This document shows positions 14,727 to 27,453 of a stretch of 64,000 nt of DNA, one piece after another. How positions within the stretch are numbered: position 1 is the stretch's first letter; every line of letters begins with the position of its first letter. The notes under the pieces were generated by a model. That model ran no database searches, was not told the origin of the DNA, and was given only the letters and a program-made list of their open reading frames with translations. This DNA comes from Schmidtea polychroa (Eukaryota). Location of the stretch: assembly GCA_044892525.1 (NCBI GenBank), contig CM097885.1, forward strand, positions 16,866,001 to 16,930,000, in the 5' to 3' direction. The position numbers and the translations under genes are program-made.

Positions 14727-16372
14727 ATGAATCGTGAAAGAAAATTATCTGAAAAAAATCGAAAATATGTTAACTGGGAAAATGATTTTTTACATATTAT
14801 GATCAATGAGAATTTATCCGGGTCACCTCATAAAATCGACTTCTAGTACATCGATTTTTAAAACATCGAGTGTGAAAAGATCTACTTTTAGCCTTAAAAC
14901 ATCTATTGTCGAAAACATCTACTGTCAAAAACATCAACTGTCAATAACATCTAGTAATAAAAGGCAAGAACATCAATCGCCTAAAACATCGAGTTTAAAA
15001 AACCTTTTTTAATTAAATGCTCTCATCATTTTTTTTTAATTTTAATAGTTTTTTTTAATTTGTTTAATTTTGAAACCATCTCTTTTCGTTATATTTTCAT
15101 CAATTTAATTAATTCAACAAATTTTAATATCAGATGAAAGTTTAATTAAACTCAACATTTAATTTGTAGAACTTCGAAGCAATAATTAAAAAAATTAGTA
15201 ATCATTAATTTGCCAACATTTTAACTCCTGTGATTTTTAAAACAGAACTTGCTATTTTCATTCCCACCCCTCAGATTTTTTTTTAATATCTGGTTTTCTA
15301 TTTATTAACTTGCATGCAATATCTTGCAAAAACTACATTTTGTTGGCTAATAGTTACATGCCTAATTTAAATAATTAAAACAGACACAAATTGATAAAAA
15401 TTTTCTTCATATTTAATTTAATTTTAATTTGTAAATGTTTTAAAACTCGATGTTTTAGAAGTTTTAAAAGTAGATTTTATTGACAATCGATGTATTTGTT
15501 GTTGATGTTTTGGGCTCGATGTTTTAGACAGATGTTTTCGCCAATAGATGAATTAGATGTTGATTATTTTGTTGTTGATTATCTAGAAGTCTATGTTTTG
15601 AGGGCGCGCCGAATTTATCATATTTCATTTGTAAAAAAATAATGAAAAATATAAAAGGCTCTAACATTAGAAGACACTATGAAGACAACACGAGGAGTTT
15701 CGTGAATTTACAACTGAAATACGATTGCATAAAATCAATAATTTTTAAAAAAACATTTACTGACGGAGAATATATAAAGGAAGAAGCATTGTCTCTTATA
15801 AAAGATGTTATTCCAGAAAAACAAAAACTAGTTCAAAATATTAGTTTATCACGCCACATTTCACAAATATTATTGAATTGTCAAAAGAAAAATTATCTAA
15901 GTCCGAAGCTCTTTCATTATGCCTCGATTAGAGTACCGATATGATAGATAATGTACAGCTCTAGCACTTGCAGATAAACTTCTCCAAATTTCATTCCAAA
16001 GGTCATTCGTTTAAAAAGTGATTGGAATGAATTTTCGAAATTTTTATCTGCACGTCTTAAAAATTGATAGCTGTGCATTATCTATCATATCGGTACTCTA
16101 ATCGAGGCATAATGAAAGAGCTTCGGACTTAGATAATTTTTCTTTTAACAATTCAATAATATTTGTGAAATGTGGCGTGATAAACTAATATTTTGAACTA
16201 GTTTTTGTTTTTCTGGAATAACATCTTTTATAAGAGACAATGCTTCTTCCTTTATATATTCCCCGCCAGTAAATGGTTTCAATTTTTTTACAATTAATTG
16301 CGAATCCGAGAAACTAGCTTTTACGATATTCGATAGTTTTGAAAAAATAATAATAAAGTATAATAAAGGCAC
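14727..16372. pseudogene. Decayed SPIN/GTF2IRD2-like hAT transposase fragments, interrupted by a MITE and partly inverted-duplicated
   Basis: KGSNIRRHYE, KPFTGGEYIKE and ISLSRH peptides occur on both strands. Confidence 0.65.
14819..15610. mobile_element. Non-autonomous foldback/MULE-type MITE (~790 bp)
   Basis: Flanked by direct repeat GAATTTATC (14810-14818, 15611-15619). The ends are built from AAAACATC(G/T)A sub-repeats on the left and their reverse complements on the right. Confidence 0.72.
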
Positions 16373-17030
16373 TGATTGACTTCACCATTGAAGATTCGTT
16401 AAAAATGGGCGAATATAAAATTGTTTTAGATTTAGTTAATGTTTTTAGTCCAATTAAATTAACAGTTGATGCAATTTGTCGACGCGATGCTAATTTAATA
16501 ACGCTGATATTGCATTAGAATTTATGTTGAAAAAGCTGGAAAAAAAGTCGCGAATTTTTTTCAGCTTTAGTTATTCGAATTAAAAAGAACTCAATTAATC
16601 AGCTTAGCTCAATATATGCACAACAATCATAATAAATCAATGAAAATAGCTGAAGCTTTCGCAACATCCACAAATTCTAAAAACAAAAAAAACGTATGTT
16701 GGAGCTTCTTCAGAGATTGAATGCAACCGATTTAGCAGCCGGAGTTATTAAGGAAGCCGCTGCCTTTAATGATATTAAGAAAATATCAAGCGATGAGGAT
16801 ATACTTTGTAAGGAAAAGTCTATGAGTGAGCAATTGAGTGATACCCTGAAAAAAGGTTTTATATCAGCTAGAAAACCCCGAGCAATACATTATCAAAACT
16901 ACAAAAAGAAATGTCGTTATTCGAAAGTGGTGGCACAAGAGGGGACGATTAAGCCCACAAGTAGAGTCGGAACGGGTGTTTTCAGCTGCTGGTTTGATCT
17001 GCTCAAAAATTTGGAGTCGGCTAAATCATG
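16370..17030 (+). pseudogene. Decayed hAT transposase C-terminal fragment
   Basis: SPIKLTVDAICRRDANLITADIALEFML, plus a frameshifted PTS(V)ESERVFSAAG-like motif near 16955-16995. Confidence 0.55.
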
Positions 17031-18353
17031 AAAATACGATCTTAATAGGCATAATGTTCAATCGTTACAACAAATAAAGAATTGATCACTTAATTTTTGA
17101 AATTATGAATATATTTTGAGCACAATATCTTCCTTTTCAAAATGAAATATTATTTATTATGTAAGAGTATTTGTTTATAGTTGTAATGTACAACTTTGTT
17201 CTTTTTTATGTTTAAACAAGGGGACGGGACGTTGGTCCATTTCGTTGGGCGTAAGCCTCGTTATGAAATTAATTAAAGAAACTATATAACGATAATTTAC
17301 CATAGTGAATTATCGCTATATAAATATTGACAAAAAAATAAAGTCGATAGAAAGAAAATTCCTGAACAGACAATAAATTTGATCAAATTCATGAACAGAT
17401 ACTTTACGTGATAAAATTTCTAAACAAATCATTGACGTGATCAAATTCATAAACAGATAATTTATTGGATCTACTCCATTCGTTTATACTTGGTTGCCAA
17501 TTGTACACTATATTCAACTACAACCGGACATAAACAAACGTTCTCGTTCTATCTCTATTCAAAACATTTCCCGATAAAACCGAGCTCGAGCTCGAGTGTA
17601 CAATCATTATCAAAGATACTGAAGAATATTAAACGATATTGGTCAATTTATTTCAAAAGTTCCATATTATATTTGGAGGCTAATTCATACTATTACTAGT
17701 GAATAGTAAACGTTACTATAGTAGAGAAATTGCACGCTCCATTTACTTTGGCAGACCCGAATTGTAGTAACCAGGACTGTGTTACGAGATATCCTCTAGT
17801 AAACAAGGAACCTATACAAATCCAAAGAGTACAAGACAAATATTTTGTTCACAGATCCCTGGTTGAAACAGCATTAAGTATTCTCCCCGAAACTTACAAG
17901 GTCTTTATAATTTGCTTTATTTAATAAAGTTTGTAACAGTTATCTAGTTTGTTATTACTACGTTACCTTTGCATCATTATTATTTATCGTTTTTTGTAGG
18001 TTTTACACACACGCACCCCGATTGTCCCGATACAGTTTTTTAACGGAGACTCTATCGGGCTCTACAAGCTTCTAGTAACATTGCAACTCATTATATCACC
18101 ATATATCCGTCACTTACCCTCGAGACTCACAATAATAGTATTTTATAAAACAAAATAAATGAATTATTAAGAAATATTAATTTTGTTAATAAAAAACTAA
18201 TGCCACTCATATTATGTACCTGTTTTTCATTGATTTAAAAAGAAAAGACAAAATCCCGGGATTTTTGCAAACCCTAGTAACAATTTAACCACAAAACCAA
18301 CATTTATCACCTAATTCTCAGAGTTATGAAAAAGTGAGAATAATGCTCTAAAG

Positions 18354-20290
18354 CAGTGTCTGTCACTGTGTGCCACAAGAAAATTTCAGAATACGAAAAA
18401 ATACCATATCTTTTACAGACAATTCTTTTAATAATAAGTTTTTATAATCGTCATTTCAAATTCTAATAAATTTATAATAAAAAAATTTCTTCGATGATTT
18501 GTTTATTTGGACTAAGAAATTTTTTATATTATTTATAAATATTATTAAGGTTTAGTTATTAAATCTTAATTGATAAATTATACAACGTCTAGCAATACTT
18601 TGCCAGCTTAATTGCAATTAAGTGATTTTTATGTTTAAATCGTACAATCTCTAAATTATAATTTTATAAAAATTTGTAAAATAGAAATGGAAAAGTATCT
18701 AATAAATTCAAAAGCACCAGCACAATCAAACTCGACTCGTAACACTCAAAACAAAGCTCGAGATACATTGAAGCGAAAATACGATGCAGAATACATAAAA
18801 TATGGCTTTATTTCATCTGATGATAGTTCTTTGCCGTTTTGCATGATATGCTTAAAATCATTATCAAACGAGTCAGTGGTTCCTAGCAAACTCCAGTGTC
18901 AGTTACTTACTAACCATCAGCAATACAAAGACAACCCAAAGGAATATTTTGAAAAAATGAGATTGCAATAACAAAATATATTAAAAAAATGAAGAAAATT
19001 GCTACTATTCCTGAACAGTCACAAATGACAAGCTATAAAATTGCCCAAAAGAAAAAAAAACGCATTCTGGCGCTGAAGGAATCATAATGTCTGCTATAAT
19101 TAATTATGAATATTGGCTGTGAAGCAATTGAGAAAATCAAAAATATTCCACTTTCAAGTAATACAATTCAACGAAAAATTGAAGGCATGTCCAAGGACAT
19201 TGAATTTCAAGTTAAAACCCAGTTCACAAATGCAGCTGATGAATTAGAGAAAATTTGGCCATTTCAAGTTGATGAAAACGCTGATATAAGTAACAAAGCT
19301 CAGTTGATATCATTTTTGCGTATTGTTAGACGTGGCAAGATAATCACGCAATTTTTTTCTGTTGTGAATTAAAAGTGAGAACTACGGGTGAATATATTTT
19401 TGTCAATGCAAAAGTAGAATCAAATGGAATGCTGTGGTATAATTGTGTAAGCGTATGCACAGAATGTGCTCCATCAATGCAAGGCCTAAATATAGGATTT
19501 ATCGTTCATGTTTTGCGCAAAATTCTTTGTTTGATAAGCTTTCAAGGTGAAAGCGAAAACATTTTCACAATTACGGAAAAATTGAAGTCTTTTGAGGAAA
19601 AATTGCAATTATTGAAGATAACTGTTCGAAATACGAAACTAGATAGTTTTCCTGGCGTTAATGCATCCCTTTAAAAATCAAAAATCTTGCCGGAAATAAA
19701 GGAAACAATTCAAAATCTATCAGACTCATTGAAAAAATATTTTCCTATACTTGATACAAAAGAAAATGAATGGCTAATTAGTCCTTTCGCCGATTTAAAT
19801 GGATCTACTTTGGCTTACGCTCAGCAATAGCAATTTATTGATTTGAAAAATGACTTAGTTTTGAAACTATTGTTTAGGAGAGCTGGAATTGTCTGTATAT
19901 TGGATTTCGCTTTATGATCAGTATCTTGTATTATGAAACAATTACTTCCATTTGTTTCATCATATCAATGTGAATTAGGATTTTTTGTGCTAACAGAAAT
20001 AAAACCAATAAAGCGTGGACGGTTACGAAAACTTTATGAAGAAATGCAACTTTTCCTCACAAATATAGAAATAATTTCTGTTGAAAAACAGACCCTTCCT
20101 TCTCATTAGATTTATATTTTTTTTGAATAAATTTATGATTCATCTATGAAGCTATAAATATTATTAAAATTATTAATAAAATAGTTTAAATCAGGAAATA
20201 TTTTGGGTTTGACCTTTTAGTGTAAAAAACTTTAAAAAATTGATTTTTTTATTATACTGTGCCGCGTGAAGAAAAGTTTGACAGACACTG
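18354..20290 (+). mobile_element. hAT Buster/Charlie (ZBED8/SCAND3-like) DNA transposon, decayed
   Basis: TIRs CAGTGTCTGTCA / TGACAGACACTG with imperfect 8-bp TSD CTCTAAAG/ATCCAAAG. Broken ORFs 18687-19674 contain KRKYDAEYIKYGF, CMICLKSLSNESVVPSKL, IPLSSNTIQRKI and QVDENADIS. Confidence 0.88.
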
Positions 20291-21169
20291 ATCCAAAGTA
20301 ACCGAAAGTTGATAAAGCATGGCATGTCTGTATCTCAGGATTTCCTAAACGATGTTACCCGGAACAATCGTATTTCAATGAAAGTAAATAGGTATTCCTT
20401 GATAATCTGGAATAGCCAGTTATAATTATTCTGTTGACAGTTGCCAAAATTGTAAAATCGATTAATATTATTCACAAATAAGACTGGATTGTTTGAATCA
20501 TTAAAATTCAGTCGAATTTGAATCGAAACTATTTGTAAATTATTCACTTAATATTTGGCCGATTTTTACCTTGGTGTGCTTTATTTCATTTACTTAATAA
20601 CAGATGAAATTTCAGGATCAACACGGAAATAATTATACTGTATTATTGAACAAAACAAAGAATTTTCATGGCCAACGTTATGTTGTAAAGAAGGAAAGCA
20701 TCCTTAAATATATATTTGTAGATTATTCTAAATAAAATGAGAAAAACGAATAGAGGATTAATTATAAAATAGATAAATGAATATATCATAAAAAAATTAG
20801 GAATAAATCATTTGTCAAAAATATTGAAAGGAATAAATTGACAAAGAGCAATTTACAATTTCAGCTGAAAATGATCGTTGATTACTATTTGTTCTCGGGA
20901 AGATATGATAGTGGCAAACATGTATTTCAGAAGAAACAGAATCAATATAGGAGAGTCATAGTTTGATTATGCAGTTTTTCAAACGATCAGCTATTGTAAT
21001 GAAGATTTGTTGGCTTTTCAAATGCAAGAAATTTAACAACATTACAACGACCCGTGTTGCTTGCGACTCATTTACAAGTGTGGCGAAAATTTCAATTCGA
21101 TTTAGGGTTTTTAAATAAAACTGTAGTTAAATGTTAATTTATGATTAAAAATATTTACATGAATATTAC

Positions 21170-21424
21170 CTGACAACACATTACTCCATTGTATTTCATA
21201 AAATGGTCGGATATTGTGAATAAATTCGACGTCTCAAGGTCTCTCAAATCAGTAAATAACCATTGCTGTTCAATTAAATAACACCACTTATCATTTGACA
21301 TGGAAGGAAGATCATCCTTATGCTCTTGAAATAACCATTCAAGACAAGCTTCAACCCAGCCATGAGGGAAATGATAAGATTTAGATTTCAAATGTTTGAT
21401 AGAAATAGGAATAATATTTTCCAT
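21170..21424 (-). CDS. RMI1: RMI1 exon 1 (DUF1767-like helical N-terminus)
   Basis: ATG at 21424, motifs WVEACLEW and EQQWLFTDLRD, donor CAG|GTAATA at 21170/21169. The three exons splice in phase 0 to about 536 aa. Confidence 0.88.
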
Positions 21425-21851
21425 AATAAAAATGGCTAAAATTTTAAATTTGTAAAACTTACAATAAAGAACATATATTAAAACTAAATTTAAAATTTAT
21501 TTCTAATTTTTTGTGTCTTAATGGTAATGACAAAAACTTACAAATTTAGTTTTTTAAATATATTTTCGAAATTCAAAACTCTATAAAAAATCACATCATC
21601 ATATAATTGATATTAAATAAAAACCTGCTTAGTGTTATGTTTCATGCAATTTCGTAACTGTGATTGCAAAAATATTCAATGTCCCACAGCCAATTGCTGG
21701 TTATTGTACGCGACAAAATTCATAGTTAGATATCTGTTTGTTTAAATAATTTGGAATTGGCGGTTTTGCGAATTAATTAAAACTTGTTATTTAGAAATTC
21801 TTTGATTAAATATATATTGTTAGTTTCAAGATTTTTGCTGCAAATTTAAAG

Positions 21852-23159
21852 ATGGATCTAAAGATGGATTTAACTGGCGACCACGCCGAAAATCAAAATA
21901 TCAACGCCATTTCAAAATCGACAAAATCGCTAATGGAATGCCTACCGAAATCATGCCAAGACATGCTCACATTGAACATCAGACGATATGATGGACGAGG
22001 TTTAAAAGAAGCCGAAGAATGGATCAGAGATATAGAAGAATGGTTGCTGACAAATGGACAGCGATTGACAAGCACTTTCGATGTGTTATTAGTGGCAGAA
22101 GCAAAGACATTGTGGGGAAACGTCAGAGAAACAGAAACAACAGATGTAAAAGCCAAAGCGTGGTTCTTAAATACGTTCACAATTACAAAATCAATAACTG
22201 ACAAAATCAGAGAATTGGCAGCTATGGAACAGGAAGATGATGAAAGGTTTGCAGCTTTTGAAATACGGCTAAGGAAAGCTTTAGCTGAAGTTATAAATTC
22301 AGGACGATCAGAAGAAGATATTGTTCAAGATCTCATCGCAAATAAAGCACGCGATGCGAGACTGAGAGAGATACTATTGACGAAACCAGAAACAAAAATT
22401 GAAGAAACGAGATCATTGGCGAAAATTTTTGAAAGTAACAAAAATGGAAACCATAAAACAGAATTTATTAAAGCAATCGGTCAAAGAACATACGCTAGCG
22501 TGACTGAGGGAGGGAAGATGAGAATTCAAAAGAATACCCAAGATCCCATGCATACATCATCACAAAGAAGACTACCAGAGGACCAATTTAGTCACCACAG
22601 ATCAAGAAGAGACGAACATCCTATACGCGGACCAATACAATACGAAGGAAATAACCATGGTCGTCGAGAACAATCTCCAAGACAACAATTCTTGAGAAAT
22701 GCGAGAATCCCGAATAGCTCAGAAAGGAAGCTGCCAACAATATCCATGAAGAATATTGCAAGGAGGCTGTACAATGAAAGTAGGGGACTACCACAAGCAT
22801 CGGTCCCAAAATTAACGGTAGGTGATTGTTTTTGCTGTGGCGAAAGGGGACATAGAAGGTATGAGTGTCCACTGGGAAATAAATGTCTGATATGTGGCAA
22901 GGAAGGACACGGGTTCCGAGATTGTTTTTCGTTACGGAAAGATGTTCCACAACGATATCAAAGAATAGCGTGCATAGAAGAAGAAGATTCAAAATCTGAA
23001 ACAAGAGATTACACCGAGAACAGCCAGGATTTCAGAATGGATCACAGCAATATGGAAGATAGATACAATGTCCCTGAGAAATATACTATATTGAGAGAAG
23101 ACGGAAAAAACATCAGCGACTCCATGGGTTTCATTTCGTCGGTGGAGTCAAGACAATAA
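21852..23159 (+). CDS. gag: Gag with two CCHC zinc knuckles
   Basis: CFCCGERGHRRYEC and CLICGKEGHGFRDC; capsid-like YDG...AEEWI segment. Confidence 0.92.
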   Translation: MDLKMDLTGDHAENQNINAISKSTKSLMECLPKSCQDMLTLNIRRYDGRGLKEAEEWIRDIEEWLLTNGQRLTSTFDVLLVAEAKTLWGNVRETETTDVKAKAWFLNTFTITKSITDKIRELAAMEQEDDERFAAFEIRLRKALAEVINSGRSEEDIVQDLIANKARDARLREILLTKPETKIEETRSLAKIFESNKNGNHKTEFIKAIGQRTYASVTEGGKMRIQKNTQDPMHTSSQRRLPEDQFSHHRSRRDEHPIRGPIQYEGNNHGRREQSPRQQFLRNARIPNSSERKLPTISMKNIARRLYNESRGLPQASVPKLTVGDCFCCGERGHRRYECPLGNKCLICGKEGHGFRDCFSLRKDVPQRYQRIACIEEEDSKSETRDYTENSQDFRMDHSNMEDRYNVPEKYTILREDGKNISDSMGFISSVESRQ

Positions 23160-26100
23160 ATTGTGAAATAGGAAATGAACAACGAAGAGACGAGGCAGAA
23201 GAAGAGATGTACCAGACGAAAGATGGAAGAAATTGGAGTAAAATAATGTTGAATAATGCCGAAACAGAGATGTTATGGGATTCTGGAGCATCAGTAACAG
23301 TTATGAGCAAGAATTTGTGGGAGAAAATAGGCAAACCAGAACTTAAACGTTGTATGATATTATTGTGCGGAGTTTTTTCAACTGGAGGTGAAGAAGCAAT
23401 GGGATACATGACTATACCGGCCACGTGGAATCAGAAGACCAAAATGATCACAGTAGTAGTGGTAAAAGAGATCAAACCCGAATTCATAGGGGGCATTGAT
23501 ACAATGAAAGAGTTTGGAGTAAAGTTAATGAAAATCAATAATATAGAAACGTCATTGATAAACAAAATTTACACTGATGAAGAAAGAATAAATAAAGCAC
23601 TAGTGGCGATGGCAGGTGAGAATAATAAAGATATTGAAGGAATGATCAGGGAATTCGGCGGAATTTTTATGGCATCGAAATTCGATCTGGGATTTACAAA
23701 CTTAGTTCGACATGAGATGCGGATAACAGGAGGCCCAATAATGCAACATCCTCGACATCAACCAATGCACATGGAGAAAAAGATTGAAGAACTGATTAAA
23801 GAGTTAATGAAAGCAAATGTTATTCGGTGTTGCAAGAGTCCTTGGAATGCCCCGTTAGTGATAGTAGGGAAGAAAGATGGATCTATCAGGATGTGTGTAG
23901 ATTATCGTGGATTAAATTCCATAACAGAAAAAGAGTCATTTCCGATGCCTAACACCAAATTCTTACTAGACTGTCTCGCGAATGCAAAAATATTTTCGTC
24001 AATCGATTTAGGTCAGGCGTATTATCAAGTGGAGTTAGCTCCAGAAATTCAAGAGATGACTGCATTCAGTACAAGAGAAGGACAATTTTGCTTCAATAGA
24101 CTACCATTTGGCTTAGCAACAGCTCCTGCGACATTCCAGAGACTGATGCACACAGTGCTAGAAGGAATGATATTCAAGGGAGTAGTAGTTTATCTAGATG
24201 ATATCTTGGTATATGGTAAAAGTCAAAAAGACCACGATGAGCTATTAAGGGAAATATTCAGAAGAATTCAAGTGGCAGGACTGAAGATAAATCCAGAAAA
24301 ATGCAAATTCAATAAAACAGAATTGTGTTTCCTTGGTCACACAATTAACGAGAAGGGTATCCAGACAAACAGGAAGAAAGTGGAAGAGATCGAGAAAGCA
24401 GAAGTACCAAAATGTTCAAAACAATTGAGATCGTTTCTCGGATTAACGAACTACTATAGAAGATTCATCAAAGACTATGCCAAAATCGCCGAACCATTAT
24501 ACGCTGCAACATCTGGATGCGATAAAGATATAAATTGGACTAAAGAATGCAATGAGAGCTTCCAAACTCTGAAGAGACGGTTGTGCGAAGCACCTATCCT
24601 TGATTTTCCAAGAGAAGATAGGACTTTTATCTTAGACACAGACGCTAGTTTTGGAGCCATTGGTGCAGTTTTGAGTCAAATTACAGAAGATGGAGAAGAA
24701 TCTGTCATAGCTTATGGCTCGAGACATATGTCATCACATGAAAAGGGATACTGTGTAACCAGGAAAGAACTGCTCGCCGTACATGAATACGTCATGCATT
24801 TTAGAGAATATCTGTACGGAAAAAAATTCATAATTCGCACCGACCACAAGGCATTGGTTTTCATGAACACTACAAAAACGCCAATCAGTCCGCAGTTCCA
24901 AACATGGTTAGCTAACCTGTCGGAATATGATTTTGAACTAAAATATCGGAAAGGAGAAGAACACTCGAATGCAGATGGACTATCAAGATTAAAAAGTATG
25001 ATTTGCACCCAGTGTCAAACAAGACATGAAGAAGCTAAGCAAGGAAAATCAAAGATTAGATATATATATACTATCCAAAGAACAGAAGCTATGGAAAAAG
25101 TATGGGAACAACAACAAAAGGACATTCGGTTTCAAGAGCTGCGAGAGATATTGGAAAATGGATGTACACGGGAGAAAAAGAATTGTTTTCCTTTTAACGT
25201 AAAAAATACACGAATTGATGGAGGATTAATAACAGTAGAAAAGAACAAAAATATCTTAATGTTAGTCCCAGAAACATTTGCAGGCCTGTTAACAACAACA
25301 CTACATGAAGAACTATGTCACATTGGAGTTAAGAAATTATTTCATTATATGGAAAAGATATTTTATTGGCCGAAAATGCAAGAAACAATCCAACTCTGTT
25401 TACGATGTTGCGAGATCTGCGCTAAGAGAAAGATCGATCAGACAAGAACCAAGGAAACATTTATTCCTAGATATAGCTCTGAATTCCTAGAACAGATTGT
25501 TTTAGATGTGGCTTACATGGAAATAAACGCCATGAAAAAATATATGGTAGTAATGGTGGACCGTTTTAGCAAACTGATTTCTTTAACTGCAATCACAAAG
25601 CAAGACGAAGGGACCATTTTCAAAACAATACTTAATAGTTGGATCTATCGATTTGGAAAACCGAAGAGCATTTTAACAGATAGAGGCCGAAATTTCGAAG
25701 GGAATTTCCTAAGACAGAAGCTACAGAAACTTGGAATCAAACAGGAATTCAGCTCACCTTATCAGCACCAATCAAATGGTTTAGCCGAAAGAGCCATACG
25801 AACGATAAGAGATCTTATTACAGCAACATTGGCAGGCGGATGTGAAGAGAGAAACTGGCACGAACTTCTACCCAGAATAGAGTTCACTATAAATAGCAGT
25901 CCGCAAAGTGCTACAGGTTTATCACCATTTGAGATAATCTATGGACGGAGTGTTAACCTACACTCTAACCTGAAACAAGCCGAGATATCAAGAAGCGAAA
26001 GAATCGAAGACGCGAGATTTAATTCGAGTAAAGCCGCAGACACTATGAGAGCCATGGATAAGACAAAGAGGGGCACTCGTGTTTTCGAGGTGGGGGAGGA

Positions 26101-26266
26101 GGTACTCGTACGTAAAGAGCCGCAGAACAGGCACAAGGATGGTATGCAATACGATGGCCCATATAAAATCGCCAGATTTCTATCACCTCATCGAGTCGAA
26201 CTACATTCACAAGAAGGAACGAAAGAAAGAAGAATCGAGTGGCTGAAGAAGTGGAAAAATTCTTAA
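23102..26266 (+). CDS. pol: Pol: protease-RT-RNase H-integrase, in the -1 frame relative to gag
   Basis: WDSGAS (PR), YLDD (RT), DTDAS...TDHKAL (RH), H-H-C-C, D..D..E and GPY (IN). The frame is open from about 23102. Confidence 0.95.
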   Translation, partial: RKKHQRLHGFHFVGGVKTINCEIGNEQRRDEAEEEMYQTKDGRNWSKIMLNNAETEMLWDSGASVTVMSKNLWEKIGKPELKRCMILLCGVFSTGGEEAMGYMTIPATWNQKTKMITVVVVKEIKPEFIGGIDTMKEFGVKLMKINNIETSLINKIYTDEERINKALVAMAGENNKDIEGMIREFGGIFMASKFDLGFTNLVRHEMRITGGPIMQHPRHQPMHMEKKIEELIKELMKANVIRCCKSPWNAPLVIVGKKDGSIRMCVDYRGLNSITEKESFPMPNTKFLLDCLANAKIFSSIDLGQAYYQVELAPEIQEMTAFSTREGQFCFNRLPFGLATAPATFQRLMHTVLEGMIFKGVVVYLDDILVYGKSQKDHDELLREIFRRIQVAGLKINPEKCKFNKTELCFLGHTINEKGIQTNRKKVEEIEKAEVPKCSKQLRSFLGLTNYYRRFIKDYAKIAEPLYAATSGCDKDINWTKECNESFQTLKRRLCEAPILDFPREDRTFILDTDASFGAIGAVLSQITEDGEESVIAYGSRHMSSHEKGYCVTRKELLAVHEYVMHFREYLYGKKFIIRTDHKALVFMNTTKTPISPQFQTWLANLSEYDFELKYRKGEEHSNADGLSRLKSMICTQCQTRHEEAKQGKSKIRYIYTIQRTEAMEKVWEQQQKDIRFQELREILENGCTREKKNCFPFNVKNTRIDGGLITVEKNKNILMLVPETFAGLLTTTLHEELCHIGVKKLFHYMEKIFYWPKMQETIQLCLRCCEICAKRKIDQTRTKETFIPRYSSEFLEQIVLDVAYMEINAMKKYMVVMVDRFSKLISLTAITKQDEGTIFKTILNSWIYRFGKPKSILTDRGRNFEGNFLRQKLQKLGIKQEFSSPYQHQSNGLAERAIRTIRDLITATLAGGCEERNWHELLPRIEFTINSSPQSATGLSPFEIIYGRSVNLHSNLKQAEISRSERIEDARFNSSKAADTMRAMDKTKRGTRVFEVGEEVLVRKEPQNRHKDGMQYDGPYKIARFLSPHRVELHSQEGTKERRIEWLKKWKNS
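23105..23149 (+). promoter_or_regulatory. Putative -1 ribosomal frameshift signal
   Basis: A_AAA_AAC slippery heptamer (23105-23111) in the gag frame, a 6-nt spacer, then stem GACTCCA(23118-24)/TGGAGTC(23143-49). Confidence 0.8.
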
Positions 26267-27453
26267 GAAGGGGAGAGTTAGATATCTGTTTGTTTAAATA
26301 ATTTGGAATTGGCGGTTTTGCGAATTAATTAAAACTTGTTATTTAGAAATTCTTTGATTAAATATATATTGTTAGTTTCAAGATTTTTGCTGCAAATTTA
26401 AAGATGGATCTAAAGATGGATTTAACTTTCATAATATAAAATTTTGAATATTTTCACAAATTTTCTTCGTTTGGGTTCAAAGTGACTTTCTAATGTTCCC
26501 CAAGAAACAAGTGAAAAATATGAGTTCCTCAATAATAAATATTAAACAAAATCGAGCACATGAGCAACATGACTAAAATTTTACAAATTTTAAATCCAAA
26601 TATTCTTATTGCATAAATGGATTGATTGTACACTATTATGTTACATTATTTGGTTTTACTTTTAAAAATATGGGAGTTGTCGATGAAATTAAATATTATT
26701 GATCTGAATTCAAAACATGCCTTGTTTATTTTTCGATTAGTAACTCCAGACAATAGAAATCACCACTTTATTCTAATTTTTGACTAGTTGAAAAGGATTA
26801 TTTTGTCGAAAATTTAAAGCAAAGGATTATTCTAGCATTTTTTTGTTTACAATTTAATATATTATAATGCAATTATTGAGCAATGTAGATAAAATAAAGC
26901 GGAAAATCAGGAAAAGAAAAAATAATTTAGCAAGCATTTTATATATAAAGTATTTTATGAAAAAACTATAATGTATTTTTATATATTTTTTAAAAATATA
27001 TAATATTTTTGTTTGAAATCAAATCTTAATTTATGCGCCTGTGGCCTAAATAGTGCCATCTCGGCCAATAAACGCAAAAAAATTAGTTTAAATTTGTTAA
27101 AATTTTTTTGTAGAAAAACAAATAATGAGATGCAGCCTCTACTGAATCAATCACACAATAGTATATAAAATATTTGTTTATTGATCTATGTTTGATTTGC
27201 TGTCCAAGTTTAGGACCCGAGTTATATAGATCCAAAGGATTCATTTGGAAGAACTCGGTGAATTAGAGTTTATCCACCAATCACAAAATTCTCCTGAAGT
27301 ATAGGATTTTCTTATATTTAAGTGAGATATTTTTTAATTTAAATTTTAATTTTTTATAAGAACTTTTGATATCTATATACTTTAAATTAAACTTGCAATA
27401 AATATTTTGAAATTTCATTTTTAGTACATCATTTTTGAATTTACACATCATTC

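Larger units (their letters stand above)
21724..26427 (+). mobile_element. Intact Ty3/Gypsy LTR retrotransposon (4.7 kb)
   Basis: 152-bp LTRs with no differences found by eye (21724-21875, 26276-26427). 5-bp TSD TTCAT (21719-21723, 26428-26432). PBS TGGCGACCACG at 21875 (probably tRNA-Arg). PPT AAGAAGGGGAG at 26265-26275. Confidence 0.96.

Noticed and set aside
17763..17962. Possible ~200-bp solo LTR (TGTAGTAA...TTACTACG with AATAAA)
   Set aside because: The 3' end is not CA and no TSD is found; too weak to call.
27035..27075. GCGCCTGTGGCCTAA, similar to a tRNA 5' end
   Set aside because: No T-arm (GTTC) or cloverleaf follows.
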